A DNA stretch of 64,000 nt from Hyphomicrobiales bacterium (GCA_050257555.1 JBLMXB010000028.1:1149-65148); one strand, 5' to 3'; positions 17,601 to 30,207 are shown, counted from the stretch's first letter. The notes: generated from the letters alone by a model not told the origin. Made by a program: numbers and translations.

Positions 17601-18807
17601 TCTCCACCGCCTCGCCGAGCGTCTGCTGCGCGGGGCCGAAGAGCTCGTCCTCGAGCTGCTCGTTCATCGCGCCCGAGACGCCGGGCCATTCGTCGCGCGT
17701 GGCGCCGATGTAGGCGAGCGCGCCGCCGTCGGGGCGCCGGACCAGCCGCTCGGCGAAGGAGTCGTAGTCGACGGCCGCCGACGCGCAGTTCTGCGAGATC
17801 CAGAGCGCGCAGGAGTCGCCGTTCTGGATGGCGGGCAGGTCGGCGACCGTGATCACGTCCGGTCCGACCGCGATCTGGGCCCGGGCGCCGTGGCCGACGT
17901 GGTAGACGACGTTGTAGCCCCGCGAGAGCGCCGCCATCGCGGACGCCTTGTCGAGGGGGAGCGACCCGGGATACCGGGTCGTGTTCTCGTAGTAACGGTC
18001 CGCCGTCTGGCAGGCCGGGAGGTGCACCCGGAGCGACTCCCCCTGGATGGCGCCGTCCACCTGCACGAGCTGGCCCGGTGTCCAGTTCCGCGGGAAGAGG
18101 ACCTCCGCCAGGATCAGCTCCTTCTCGATGTTCCGGACGATCGGCGCCGTCACGTACCGGAGCTCCTTGTCCACGAGGGTCGTCGCGTCCGCGCGCGTGA
18201 CCGCGCTCAGGCGCCCCACCGCGATGTCGGGCTCCATGTCGAGGCTGTCGGCGACCTCGCCGTAGATGCCGTTCCCGTTCCCGTCCCACGTGCCGTCGAG
18301 ATCGGCGTAGTACGCGTCGCTCGGGATGTCGGTCGGCTCGCCGAACTGCACGCGCACGACGCGCATCGGGATCGCGTCGTTGTCCCCCGCGAGGATCGCC
18401 CATCGGATCCCCCACTGGTCGCGCGCGGCGCGCAGGAAATCGCGCACCGCCTCGGCGAGGTCGTTCGAGCGCGGCGCCGCGGCGCGGATGGTCGAGAGGG
18501 CGCGCACGACGGTCGGCCGTCCGGAGCGGGTCTGGAAGTCGGCGAGGCGCTGGAAGATGTCGGCGAGCGAATCGGGCGAAACGATCACGCAGTCGACCGG
18601 CGACCCGGCGGTGGACGGGAGGAGGCTCGGGGCGAAGGGCGCCGCATGCGCCCGGCTCCCGGCGCCGGGGAGCCGCAGGACCCGCTCCGGGAGCCCGGCG
18701 CGCGCGACGCCCGAGAGCGCGAGGAGCGCGACCGTGAGGAGCGCCGAAGCGAGGCCGCGGAGCCATCGACATGACGCGAAGTTATGGCGATAAGATATTT
18801 TCATCAT
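14626..18807 (-). CDS. Peptidase C25 (gingipain-like) with FG-GAP/VCBS repeats and FlgD-Ig/T9SS-type C-terminal domain
   Basis: Start re-set to ATG 18807 (MMKISYRHNFASCRWLRGLASALLTVALLALSGVARA). C25-like His/Cys dyad context: NVVYHVGHGARAQ and LWISQNCASAAVDY. Six clear repeats such as ADLDGDGKPELLVG, DLDGDGVPEIIA, DVDGDGHPDIVVG, DLDGDGTREIVFG, DLDGDGSLEVLIG and DLDGDGAVDIAVSG. C-terminal tail: NRPNPFNPVTAIGY...VRLRVYTVDGRLVRTL...WDGRGDRGENVASGVYVYRA...KMALLR. Confidence 0.8.
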   Translation of the reverse strand: MMKISYRHNFASCRWLRGLASALLTVALLALSGVARAGLPERVLRLPGAGSRAHAAPFAPSLLPSTAGSPVDCVIVSPDSLADIFQRLADFQTRSGRPTVVRALSTIRAAAPRSNDLAEAVRDFLRAARDQWGIRWAILAGDNDAIPMRVVRVQFGEPTDIPSDAYYADLDGTWDGNGNGIYGEVADSLDMEPDIAVGRLSAVTRADATTLVDKELRYVTAPIVRNIEKELILAEVLFPRNWTPGQLVQVDGAIQGESLRVHLPACQTADRYYENTTRYPGSLPLDKASAMAALSRGYNVVYHVGHGARAQIAVGPDVITVADLPAIQNGDSCALWISQNCASAAVDYDSFAERLVRRPDGGALAYIGATRDEWPGVSGAMNEQLEDELFGPAQQTLGEAVENARAALLPAARSETQERWGYFETVLLGVPSLPMYRCVPDTLVVAHPATVPLDAGGFAVTVTAGGAPAESALVTAWKDGEDYQAVLTDASGQAVVPFHPGSAGGFSLAVTRRDAIPWLDSLAVAATAPAHFDPQSVAASDAVAGDGDGLIGTGESFALAGSVKNQGGSASAGPVTATLSALTPGVVVDQPTALLPALAAGASAPLPDSLRAHALAAPNVARIERLRLVLADGVRADTSVVAVAVTAPSILAVQATYVDGNDGVLGAGDDFALSWILGNEGGGASTALTLAAVNPAPGITVLDGVGTASATAPGAKHASSSLLFHCTSVPPGRLFDLDVADARGHAWTIPVDLGVPAAPAGLRVTGSSIDRIAIAWDGVGAPDLAGYVVLRAGEDTTAAIAEATVLPTGRTPTFEDAGLLPLARYHYAVQAVDSSGNRSARSPFFLASTTPPALSGFPASTGVATSSSVCLADLDGDGKPELLVGADYLYAFRSDGTDWIDGDANPVSVGVFSTLLHHIPSTPAAADLDGDGVPEIIAASWDDSLVAVFHANGALAAGWPRKGAAPFWSAPAIGDVDGDGHPDIVVGSNAPGVLYGWHADGSEIRDGDGNPATDGVLFAGTFGNVISSPAIADLDGDGTREIVFGTSSGLLYAIHSDGSSPTGSWPLQLNGTVSASPAIGDIVPGGGLEVATGCANDSVYVVTATGQRAPGWPRPLELTPGNGRVNSPALAPLRKQFGDPSLDVILCSADGHLVAYDPTGAILPGWSNVVLGGPTEASPAVADLDGDGSLEVLIGAEDRRLYAFHADGTPVSGFPIEIDGEVRSTPAIWDLDGDGAVDIAVSGWDGAVHAWRYPGSFQAASMAWPMFRHDNWHTGVATFPVLTSADLPPGSPPTPAAPPARASLAQNRPNPFNPVTAIGYTVPGPDAATVRLRVYTVDGRLVRTLVSRRVDPGYHEALWDGRGDRGENVASGVYVYRAEIGRATFTRKMALLR

Positions 18808-18903
18808 GACGGTTACGAAATGCGCCGACCGCCCGCGACCGGGGCGGCGGCGCTTCTCCTCGATGCTACTCCTCCGCCGCGCGCGATTCAATCGGACGCG
18901 GGA

Positions 18904-20943
18904 TCAGGCGCGGCCGAGCCAGGCGGCCACGCGTTCGGCCACCGCCTCCGGCGTGAATCCGAGTTCCCGGGCGATCGTCGCGGCGGGCGCGGAGGCGCCG
19001 AAGCGATCGAGGCCGATCCGGAGCGCTTCCCGGCCCACGATCGCGGCCCAGGCGTCGGGACGCGACGCCTCGATCGAGACCAGCTTGGCGCCCTCGGGAA
19101 GGAGGGCCGACCGCGCGGCGTCGCCGGCGCGGCGGAAGCGCTCGACGCACGGCATCGAGACGACCCGCGCGCGGATCCCCTTCGCCGCGAGGAGCCGGCG
19201 GGCGGCGAGGGCGAGCGGCGTCTCCGAGCCGGTCGCGACCAGCACGACGTCGGGGGCATCGCCTTCGGCCTCGGCCGCCACGTACGCGCCCCGGCCGATG
19301 GCGGCACGATCGAAGCCGGCCGGCCGCTCGAACGGCTCGAGCTTCTGCCGCGTGAGGACGAGCGCCGACGGCCCCTCGGTCCGCGCGAGGGCCGAGGCCC
19401 ACGCGACCGCGGTCTCGAGCCCGTCGGCCGGGCGCCAGACGTCGAGGTTCGGAATGAGGCGGAGCGACGGCGTCTGCTCGATCGGCTGGTGCGTCGGCCC
19501 GTCCTCCCCCAGGAAGATCGAGTCGTGCGTGAAGACGAACACGACCCGGAGCCCGGTCAGCGCGGCGAGCCGGATCGACGGGCGCATGTAGTCGCTGAAG
19601 ACGAGGAACGTCGCGCCGAACGGGACGAACGCGCCGTAGTACGCGAGGCCGTTCACGATCGCGCCCATCGCGTGCTCGCGGACGCCGAAGTGGAACGTCC
19701 GTCCCTCGAACGTGACGGCGGCGTGCGGATCGAGGTCGCGCCGCGCGACGTCGGGGGCGCTCTTGATGTCGGTGGAGGTCGACGGAGCGAGGTCGGCCGA
19801 GCCGCCGACGAAGGACGGCACGGCCGCCGCGATCGCCTGGATCACCTTCCCCGACCACGCGCGGGTCGCGAGCGGCTCGGGCTTCGTGACGGCCGCGGCG
19901 AGCCGCGCCTCGAGATCGGCGGGGACCGCGCGCGACCAGTGCGCGTCCCAGAGCGCGGCCTCTTCCGGATGCGCGCGGCGCGCCTCCTCGAACCGCGCGT
20001 CCCACGCCGCGCGCTCCCCGCGCTTCGCCTCCGCGCGCTCGTGGAAGTGCGCGCGCGCCTCCTCGGGGACGCGGAACGGCGGCGTCACGGGCCACCCCGC
20101 GGCCCGCTTCGCGGCGGCCAGCTCCTCCTCCCCGAGCGGCTCGCCGTGCGTCTTCGCGGTCCCCTGCTTCGTCGGCGCCCCCTTGCCGATGATCGTCCGC
20201 GCGAGAATCAGGGACGGCCGCTCCGTCTCGGCGATCGCGGCGTCGAGCGCGCGGCGGACCGCGGCGCGATCGTTCCCGTCGATCCGCTGCGTCTGCCAGC
20301 CGTACGCGTCGAAGCGCCGCGCCACGTCCTCCGTGAACGCGAGGCCGGTCGGCCCCTCGATCGAGACGTGGTTGTCGTCGTAGAGATAGACGAGGTTGCC
20401 GAGGCCCCAGTAGCCGGCCAAGGATGCCGCCTCCGACGCGATCCCCTCCATGAGGTCCCCGTCGCTCACGATGCCGAACACGCGGTGGTCGAGGAGGGCG
20501 CCGAGCAAGGGCAGGCGCGCCCGGAGGAGCTCTTGGCCCAGCGCCATGCCGACGCCGTTCCCGAAGCCCTGGCCGAGCGGGCCGGTCGTCGCCTCGACGC
20601 CGGCCGTGTGACCCGCCTCCGGATGTCCCGGCGTCTTCGAGCCCCACTGCCGGAACCGCTCGATCTCCTCGATCGAGAGCCCGCACTCGAAGAGGTGGAG
20701 GAGCGAATAGAGGAGCATCGACGCGTGGCCGGCGGAGAGGACGAACCGGTCCCGATTCGGCCACGTCGCGTCGTCGGGATCGAAGCGGAGGTAGTCCGAC
20801 CAGAGCACGAGCGCCATGTCCGCCATCCCCATCGGCGCGCCGGGATGCCCCGAGTTCGCCCGCTCGACCGCGTCGGCGGCGAGGAACCGGATGGTCTGGG
20901 CGCACAGCGTTTCGAGCTCGAGGGCGGTGGATGGCGTCGGCAT
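18904..20943 (-). CDS. tkt: Transketolase
   Basis: Start re-set to ATG 20943 ([44 protein letters not shown]). TPP motif region: [36 protein letters not shown]. 679 aa. The track ORF 18904..22533 is a false upstream extension. Confidence 0.92.
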   Translation of the reverse strand: MPTPSTALELETLCAQTIRFLAADAVERANSGHPGAPMGMADMALVLWSDYLRFDPDDATWPNRDRFVLSAGHASMLLYSLLHLFECGLSIEEIERFRQWGSKTPGHPEAGHTAGVEATTGPLGQGFGNGVGMALGQELLRARLPLLGALLDHRVFGIVSDGDLMEGIASEAASLAGYWGLGNLVYLYDDNHVSIEGPTGLAFTEDVARRFDAYGWQTQRIDGNDRAAVRRALDAAIAETERPSLILARTIIGKGAPTKQGTAKTHGEPLGEEELAAAKRAAGWPVTPPFRVPEEARAHFHERAEAKRGERAAWDARFEEARRAHPEEAALWDAHWSRAVPADLEARLAAAVTKPEPLATRAWSGKVIQAIAAAVPSFVGGSADLAPSTSTDIKSAPDVARRDLDPHAAVTFEGRTFHFGVREHAMGAIVNGLAYYGAFVPFGATFLVFSDYMRPSIRLAALTGLRVVFVFTHDSIFLGEDGPTHQPIEQTPSLRLIPNLDVWRPADGLETAVAWASALARTEGPSALVLTRQKLEPFERPAGFDRAAIGRGAYVAAEAEGDAPDVVLVATGSETPLALAARRLLAAKGIRARVVSMPCVERFRRAGDAARSALLPEGAKLVSIEASRPDAWAAIVGREALRIGLDRFGASAPAATIARELGFTPEAVAERVAAWLGRA

Positions 20944-21057
20944 CGGATCGTCTCTCCCGGGAAGCGCGGCGGGGCCGCGGAGTGGGCGTGCGTTCTCGGC
21001 GTCTCGGTGTATCATAACGCGGTTCCGGATCCAGCCCCACGACTCAGGGAGAGCACG

Positions 21058-22548
21058 ATGACCCCGCTTCGAACCGTCGCCCCGTCCCTCCGCGTCGCGA
21101 CCGCGACGCTCCTCGCCGTCCTTCTCGCGCTCGGCGGCTGCGCCACGAATCCCGCCACCGGCAAGCGGCAGATCTCGCTCGTCTCGGAGAGCAAGGAGCT
21201 CGCGATGGGACGCGAGTCCGATCCGGCGGTGATCCAGGAGTACGGCCTGTACGACAACCCCGGGCTCCAGGCGTACGTCGATTCGGTCGGACAAAGGCTC
21301 GCGCGCGTGTCGCACCGCCCCGACCTCGTCTGGCACTTCCGCGTCCTCGACTCGCCCGTGGTGAACGCGTTCGCGATCCCGGGCGGGTACATCTACATCA
21401 CGCGCGGCATCCTCCCGTACATGAACTCGGAGGCGCAGCTCGCGGGCGTGCTGGGCCACGAGATCGGCCACGTGACCGCGCGACACAGCGCGCAGCAGAT
21501 CACCCGCTCCGAGCTGGCGGGGATCGGGCTGCTGGCCGGCATGATCTTCGTCGACGCGTTCCGGCCGTACGGCGGGCTGGCGCAGCAGGGTCTCGGGCTC
21601 CTCTTCCTGAAATACAGCCGCGACGACGAGTCGCAGGCCGACGCGCTCGGCATCGAGTACGCCGCGAAGGCGGGCTACGACCCCCGCGAGATCCCGCAGA
21701 CGTACGCGACGCTCAAGCGGATCGGCGAGCGCCAGGGGTCGTCGCTCCCCTCGTTCCTCTCCACCCACCCCGACCCGGGCGACCGGGAGGTCCGCACGAC
21801 GGAGCTGGCGAACGCGACGGCCGCGAGCACGCGACGGAGCCTCGAGATCGACGCGGTCCAGTACCGGCGCCACCTCGACGGGATGGTCTTCGGCGACGAT
21901 CCGCGGAACGGCTACTTCGTGGCGAACCGGTTCTACCATCCGCAGATGGCGTTCCAGCTCATCTTCCCGACCGGCTGGCAGCTCACCAACCAGCCGTCCC
22001 AGGTCGTGGCCCAGAACGGCGCGTCGGGCCCGGCGATGCAGCTCACGCTCGCGACGTCGCGGGACACGACGCTCACGGCGCCGCAGTTCGTCGACTCGCT
22101 CCGCGCGCGCGGCGAGATCGTCGACATGGCGGGACGCGCGGAGAACTTCCGCGACTATCCCTCGGCGTGGGTCGGGAGCGTCATCGCGAAGGGCTCGGGG
22201 GGCCAATCGTCGTTCCTCGCGGGCTGGGTCCAGATCGGCCCCGGCCGCTACCTCCAGGTGCTCGGCCAGGCCGACATCGGAACGCCCGCCGCCGACCAGA
22301 TCTTCGCGTCGATCCGGAGCATCGCCGCGCTCAAGGACCCGGCGAAGCTCCACGTCTCGCCCGACCGCGTCGAGGTGAAGTCGACGCCGCGGACCGAGTC
22401 GTTCGCCTCCGTCTACGCCGCGTTCCCGAACCAGGCCCTGAGCCTGGAGGACGCCTCGATCCTCAATTCGACGCGGGCCGGGACGACGTTCCTGGACGGG
22501 CAGCCGGTCAAGATCGTCGAGAAGGGCGACCACCCCGCGACGAACTGA
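21058..22548 (+). CDS. M48 family metallopeptidase lipoprotein
   Basis: Start ATG 21058, preceded by GGGAGAG. Lipobox LLALGGC. Peptidase motifs: [17 protein letters not shown] and the zinc motif [11 protein letters not shown]. 496 aa, including a C-terminal domain of about 230 aa of unknown function. Confidence 0.85.
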   Translation: MTPLRTVAPSLRVATATLLAVLLALGGCATNPATGKRQISLVSESKELAMGRESDPAVIQEYGLYDNPGLQAYVDSVGQRLARVSHRPDLVWHFRVLDSPVVNAFAIPGGYIYITRGILPYMNSEAQLAGVLGHEIGHVTARHSAQQITRSELAGIGLLAGMIFVDAFRPYGGLAQQGLGLLFLKYSRDDESQADALGIEYAAKAGYDPREIPQTYATLKRIGERQGSSLPSFLSTHPDPGDREVRTTELANATAASTRRSLEIDAVQYRRHLDGMVFGDDPRNGYFVANRFYHPQMAFQLIFPTGWQLTNQPSQVVAQNGASGPAMQLTLATSRDTTLTAPQFVDSLRARGEIVDMAGRAENFRDYPSAWVGSVIAKGSGGQSSFLAGWVQIGPGRYLQVLGQADIGTPAADQIFASIRSIAALKDPAKLHVSPDRVEVKSTPRTESFASVYAAFPNQALSLEDASILNSTRAGTTFLDGQPVKIVEKGDHPATN

Positions 22549-22567
22549 GCGGCGCCGCGCGCGCCGC
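22549..22567. terminator. GC hairpin between convergent M48 and TVP38 genes
   Basis: GCGGCGC-cgcgc-GCGCCGC, 7-bp stem, within a 28-nt convergent gap. No T-tract. Confidence 0.3.
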
Positions 22568-22576
22568 GCGGGGGAT

Positions 22577-23221
22577 TCAGGAACCGAGGAAGAGCGCGTG
22601 GCGGCCGAGCGCCGCCCCGATCGCGAGCGCCGCGTCCTTCGGCACCCGCCCGAGCAGGACCGCCAGCGTGAAGCGGCCCCACGGCACCGCCAGGATGCCC
22701 GACGCGAAGCAGATGGCGTCGGACGGCGAGAAGGGGACGAGGAAGAGGGGCACCAGGGCGAGCCACCGCTTCCCGCTCAGGAGGGCGTGCGCGCGATCCA
22801 CCGCGGGCGCCCCGATCCAGCGCTCCGCCACGGGGCGCCCGGCGCCCCGGCCGATCCAGTAGGCGCCGGTCGAGCCGAGGATCGTCCCGACCGTGGTCAC
22901 CGCCACGCCCACCACAGGACCATAGAGCGCGCCGGCCAGAAGCGGTACGAATACGCCCGGGATCGGCGCGATCAGGATCTGCGCCGCCTGGACCGCCAGG
23001 AGCACGAACGGCCCCCAGGATCCCGCGGCGCGCACCCAGGACTCGACGCGCGCCCGGCTCACGTGGGGCGCCAGGGCGTAGCCGAGCGCCACGATCGCGG
23101 CCGCCACCGCGAGGAAGAGGACGATCGTGGCCGCGGACGGGCGCGCTCGCCGGCGCGGCGGGCCGGGCGTCGGAGCGGGCGTGGGAGCGGGCGAGGAGGA
23201 AGGAGCGCGCGGCGGTTCCAT
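22577..23221 (-). CDS. TVP38/TMEM64 (DedA-superfamily) membrane protein
   Basis: Start re-set to ATG 23221 ([10 protein letters not shown]...). Motifs: [41 protein letters not shown] and [22 protein letters not shown]. 214 aa. Confidence 0.75.
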   Translation of the reverse strand: MEPPRAPSSSPAPTPAPTPGPPRRRARPSAATIVLFLAVAAAIVALGYALAPHVSRARVESWVRAAGSWGPFVLLAVQAAQILIAPIPGVFVPLLAGALYGPVVGVAVTTVGTILGSTGAYWIGRGAGRPVAERWIGAPAVDRAHALLSGKRWLALVPLFLVPFSPSDAICFASGILAVPWGRFTLAVLLGRVPKDAALAIGAALGRHALFLGS

Positions 23222-23376
23222 GGCGCGGCACTCTACGGCAGCACCGCGCGATCCGGAATCGAAAAGCGGGCCCGTTCCGCCGGGCGCGGCGGTCGGGTAT
23301 CCTTGGCCCATGCGCTTCGCGCCGTACGTCGCGCGCCGCGGTGACGGCGCCTCACCATAGACACGGGAGAACGCGA

Positions 23377-26126
<2,750 letters not shown>

Positions 26127-26130
<4 letters not shown>

Positions 26131-28100
26131 GCCGAAGACAGACGATCGCCGGGTTCCTCCGCTCGGGCGGACTCCAGCTCGGGCTCACGGCCGCGTGCGC
26201 GGCGAGCGGGCTCGGCGGGGCCGCGATCGGACGCTGGGCGCCCGAGACCGAGCTTCGCCTGCCGCTCTATCTCTTCTCGTACGCGACCGGCGCGTTCGGG
26301 CCGACGCGGGAGCTGATCCGGAACCTCCTCGCCCGCCAGCTCGACATCAACCTCCTGATGATCGTGGCGGCGGCCGGCTCCGCGCTCCTCGGCCACTGGG
26401 GCGAGGGCGCGGTCCTCCTCTTCCTCTTCTCCCTGAGCGGCGCCCTCGAGCGGATCACCATGGAGCGCACCGCGCGCTCGATCGAATCGCTGATCCAGCT
26501 CCGGCCCGACACGGCGCTCGTCCTCCGGGACGGCGCGGAGCGCCGCGTCCCGGTGGAATCGATCGCGGTCGGCGAGCGGGTGCGCGCGCTCCCGGGCGAG
26601 CACTTCGCCGTGGATGGCGTGATCCTCGAGGGCACGTCGTCCGCCGACGAGGCGACCCTGACCGGCGAGTCGGAGCCGATCGAGAAGGCGCCCGGCGACA
26701 AGGTCTTCGCAGGCACGCTGAACCTCCGCGGCGCGCCCGTGATCCGGGTCGAGAAGCGCCCGGAGGAAACGACGCTCTCGCGCATCGTCCAGGCGGTCCA
26801 GGAGGCGCACAAGGCGAAGACGACCACCGAGCGCTTCGTCGACCGGTGGCAGCGCCCCTACGTGATCTCGGTCTTCTGCGCCGCCGGCCTCGCGACGGCG
26901 ATTCCCTACGTCGAGCTCCACATCCCGTTCGTCGAGGCGTTCTACCGGGGGCTCGTGCTCCTGGTCGCCGCCTCCCCGTGCGCCGTGGTGATCGCGACGC
27001 CGGCCGCGATGCTCTCGGCCGTGACGCACGCGGCCCGGCACGGCGTCCTCTTCAAGGGGAGCGCCCACCTCGAGCGGCTGGGCGAGATCTCCGCGGTGGC
27101 GCTCGACAAGACCGGCACGGTCACGCACGGAAAGCCGCGCGTCGTGGCGGTCGAGACGGCGCCCGGCTGCGCGAGCACCGAGCGGGACCTGCTCCGCCTC
27201 GCCGCGGCCGTCGAGGCGCGGAGCGAGCACCACACGGCGCGGGCGGTACTGGCCGAGGCGGAGCGGCGCGGGCTCCCGCTTCCTCCGGTGAGCGAGTTCG
27301 AGAGCCACGCGGGCGAGGGGGTCCACGCGCACGTCGAGGGGATCTGGGTCGGCGTCGGCCGGGAGCCGCTCTTCGCGCGGCACGACGTGTCGATCCCGGA
27401 GTCGGTGCTCTCGCTCGCGCGCCGGTGGCGCGACGAGGGGCGCACCGCGCTCCTCGTGGTCGCGCGGCGGACCGTGAACGGCCAGCCGCACCCGGACGGC
27501 GGTCCCGGGAACGACCTCGCGTGCGGGGCCATCGCCGTCGCCGACACCGTGCGCCCGCACGCGCGCGCCGCCGTGGCCGCCTGCCGGCGCCTCGGCATCG
27601 AGCACGTCGCGATCCTGACCGGGGACCACGCCGGCGTCGCGCGGGCGATCGGGAACGAGATCGGGGCGGACGAGGTCCGCGCCGAGCTCCTCCCCGACCA
27701 GAAGGTGCTCGCGATCCGGGAGCTCTCCGAGCGCTGGGGCGGCCTCGCGATGGTGGGCGACGGGGTGAACGACGCGCCGGCGCTCGCCACCGCCACGGTC
27801 GGGATCGCGATGGGCGGCGCGGGCACCGACGTCGCGCTCGAGACGGCCGACGTCGTGCTGATGCGCGACGACCTGGGCGGGATCCCCTTCTCGCTCTGGC
27901 TCGCCCGCCAGTCGCGCCGCGTGGTCACGCAGAGCCTCACGCTCGCGTTCGGGGTGATCGGCGTGCTCGTGATCTCGAACCTGGTCGGGGTCCTCCCCCT
28001 CTGGATCGCGGTCGTCTGCCACGAGGGGAGCACGCTGCTCACGATCGCGAACGGGGTCCGGCTGCTCGGGATTCCCCATCCCGAGTTCGACCTCGCCTAG
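26127..28100 (+). CDS. P1B-4-type heavy-metal (Co/Fe/Ni/Zn class) translocating P-type ATPase, no N-terminal metal-binding domain
   Basis: The GTG start at 26127 overlaps the acnA TGA stop (GTGA). Motifs: TGESEP, transmembrane SPC ([12 protein letters not shown]), [17 protein letters not shown], and the last-helix HEGSTLL. 657 aa. The upstream part of track ORF 25329..28100 is an out-of-frame overlap with acnA. Confidence 0.88.
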
Positions 28101-29284
28101 CGCTCTCCCGGCACCGGCGCGTCCACCCGCACGTCCGCGCCCGCGCCCGTGAGCGTCTCCGTCGCGGGCGGACGGATTCCGAGCACCACGATCGGCGCGA
28201 GCGTCGTCACGAGCGCGTAGATCACGAGGCCGCCGAAGAGCTCCGGGGGGAGCCCGAACCGGTCGCGCGCGATCTCGGCGAGCACGAGGCTGAAGACGAG
28301 GGTCGGCGTCATGGAGAGGGCGATCCGGAGCCCGTGCCCGAACGACTCCCGGAGCGCGGCCCACCGGTGCGCGGTCACGCCGAGCGCACGGAGCGGGACC
28401 GCGGCGACCACGAAGATCGCGGCGGTCAGGAGCGCCTCGAGCGTCAGGTCCTCGGCCAGGAGATGGAGCCCCGCGGAGAAGAAGTAGAACGGGATGAAGA
28501 ACGACGCGAAGACCTCGACCGCGTGGAACATCTGGTCGTTCCCCACCGCCGGATACTGGTCGCGGAACCGGCCCGCGGCCCACCCGACCACGAACGCGCC
28601 CACCAGGTAATAGACCCCCAGCTCGCGCGTCGCGTACCCGCAGAGGATCGCGAGCATGACGAGGAACGCGAACTCCGACTTCGGCGCGAACGGGGCGACG
28701 CGCGACGCGAAGACGCGGAACGCCACCGGGAGGAGGACGATCAGTGCCGCGAGCCCCGCGGTCGACACGGCGAGGCGGACGGGCGACGTCGATTGCGTGA
28801 CGGCGAAGAGGATCAGGAGCGCGAGGAGCTCGGTCGAGATCGCCTTCACCTTGATCCACGCCGCTTCCTTGTCGGTCACCTCCATCGAACGCAGCGAGGA
28901 GAGGATGAACCCGGTCGACGGGGTCAGGAGCGCGAGGGAGACGAGGCACGCGGGGCGCCATCCGATCCCCGTGACGGCCTGGACCGCCCACGTTCCGGCC
29001 GCGATCAGCACGGTCCGGATCGCGAGGTGCTGGAGGAGGACCCGGCGGTCGCGGAAGAGCGCCGCGGTGTCGACCTCGAGGCCCGCGAGGAGGAAGAGCG
29101 CGATGATGCCGAAGGAGGCGAGGAGGGAGATGGTCGCGTCGCCGTGGAACATGCCGAGGCCCAGCCCGGCCGCGGCCCCGAGGCCCAGCTCCGTCACGGC
29201 GGCCGGGATCCGGAACCGGAGGAGCACCTTCGGCACCACGAAGAGCGCGAAGACGAGGAGGACGTAGACCAGCTCCGGGCTCAC
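28097..29284 (-). CDS. Cation:proton antiporter (CPA/Kef-type membrane domain only)
   Basis: 395 aa and polytopic. N-terminus: MSPELVYVLLVFALFVVPKVLLRFRIPAAVTELGLGAAAGLGLG...IIALFLLAGLEVD, typical of Na_H_Exchanger family proteins. The start overlaps the stop of the upstream Crp/Fnr gene (29281..29284). Confidence 0.75.
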   Translation of the reverse strand: MSPELVYVLLVFALFVVPKVLLRFRIPAAVTELGLGAAAGLGLGMFHGDATISLLASFGIIALFLLAGLEVDTAALFRDRRVLLQHLAIRTVLIAAGTWAVQAVTGIGWRPACLVSLALLTPSTGFILSSLRSMEVTDKEAAWIKVKAISTELLALLILFAVTQSTSPVRLAVSTAGLAALIVLLPVAFRVFASRVAPFAPKSEFAFLVMLAILCGYATRELGVYYLVGAFVVGWAAGRFRDQYPAVGNDQMFHAVEVFASFFIPFYFFSAGLHLLAEDLTLEALLTAAIFVVAAVPLRALGVTAHRWAALRESFGHGLRIALSMTPTLVFSLVLAEIARDRFGLPPELFGGLVIYALVTTLAPIVVLGIRPPATETLTGAGADVRVDAPVPGER

Positions 29285-29991
29285 CCGGCGTGGGCCTCCG
29301 CGATCTCGCGCAGCCGCTCCACGGACGGCACGAGGAACCGGTCCCGCCCGGTCACGACCACGCGGTCCCGGCCCCAGGCCGAGAGGATCCGGATCGCGGT
29401 CTCGACGGTCGTGCCGACGAGGTCGGCGATCTCCTGGCGCGATAGATGCAGCGGGATCTCGGTGCCCCCCTTGGCCGGACGCCCCATCCGGTCGAGCAGC
29501 GTGAGGAAGAGCTGAGCGATGCGCGCGTCGACACGCTGCCCGCGCATCTCCTGGAGCTTCTGCGTCAGCGCCACGGTCAGCTTCGTCAGCTCGCGGATGA
29601 TCGCGCGGGCGAACTCGGGGTTCCGGTCCAGGAGCTCGAAATAGTCGCGCCGCGGCACGATCAGGAGCTCGACCGGCTCCATGCAGATCGCGCTCGCCGG
29701 ATACGGCATGTAGTTGTAGACCGCGATGGCGCCGACCGGCTCCCCCTTCTCGAAGAGCTCGAGGATCACGTCGCCCGCCTCGGCGTGGGAGACGATCTTC
29801 ACCCGCCCCTTCACGATCAGCGTCAGCGCGTCGGCAGGATCGCCCGCGCGCCAGAGGAAGTCGCCGCGCTCGTAGTCGCGCACGGCCGCGAGGCCGGCGA
29901 GGCGGCGCTGGTCCTCGGCGGCGAGGCCGCGGAACATCGGCACGGCGCGGACCGCCGCGAGGACGCGATCGGCTCCCGGCGTCACGTTCAT
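29281..29991 (-). CDS. Crp/Fnr family transcriptional regulator
   Basis: Start re-set to ATG 29991 (MNVTPGADRVLAAVRAVPMFRGL), with GGAGGA about 10 nt upstream. cNMP-binding-like beta-roll: GDFLWRAGDPADALTLIVKGRVKI. C-terminal HTH: LSRQEIADLVGTTVETAIRILS. There is no N-terminal Cys cluster. 236 aa. Confidence 0.85.
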   Translation of the reverse strand: MNVTPGADRVLAAVRAVPMFRGLAAEDQRRLAGLAAVRDYERGDFLWRAGDPADALTLIVKGRVKIVSHAEAGDVILELFEKGEPVGAIAVYNYMPYPASAICMEPVELLIVPRRDYFELLDRNPEFARAIIRELTKLTVALTQKLQEMRGQRVDARIAQLFLTLLDRMGRPAKGGTEIPLHLSRQEIADLVGTTVETAIRILSAWGRDRVVVTGRDRFLVPSVERLREIAEAHAG

Positions 29992-30015
29992 CGGATCCCC
30001 ATCCTCCCCATCCGT

Positions 30016-30029
30016 ATGACGGCCGTCAT
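30016..30029. promoter_or_regulatory. Perfect 14-bp palindrome ATGAC-GGCC-GTCAT (FNR/Dnr-like box with TGA-N6-TCA core)
   Basis: Read directly from the sequence; it equals its own reverse complement. Located about 25-40 nt upstream of the Crp/Fnr start, in the divergent region facing the nos operon. Confidence 0.45.
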
Positions 30030-30111
30030 GGTACCAAAGGATACCTTCGCCTAACTCCAAGCATTTCTAGCACTTTCCGTCGCCATCCGGCACCCGGAAA
30101 GTGAACGGCCG

Positions 30112-30125
30112 GTGACCCCCGTCAT
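30112..30125. promoter_or_regulatory. Second TGAC-N4-GTCA box (gTGAC-CCCC-GTCAt)
   Basis: Same half-sites as the 30016 palindrome. It is centred about 90 nt upstream of the hemerythrin ATG (30208), which is the first gene of the nosZ operon. Confidence 0.4.
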
Positions 30126-30207
30126 ACGGTGCGAGGCCGCGGGCGACGAAACTTCTTGGTGTGAAGGGCGCCGGATCCGATCCGGCGCGAACGAGAGAGG
30201 GAGCCCG

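Noticed and set aside
23340-23356. Inverted repeat GGTGA-N7-TCACC, 20 nt upstream of the acnA start
   Set aside because: The arms are only 5 bp, and the spacing (GTGA-N7-TCAC) does not match the CRP consensus (GTGA-N6-TCAC). Such short GC-rich inverted repeats are expected by chance in this composition.
29992-30060. 23-codon N-terminal extension of the Crp/Fnr ORF (MELGEGILWYHDGRHTDGEDGDP)
   Set aside because: The internal ATG at 29991 has a GGAGGA box at proper spacing and gives a canonical 236-aa regulator. The extension would also place the perfect palindrome at 30016..30029 inside coding sequence.
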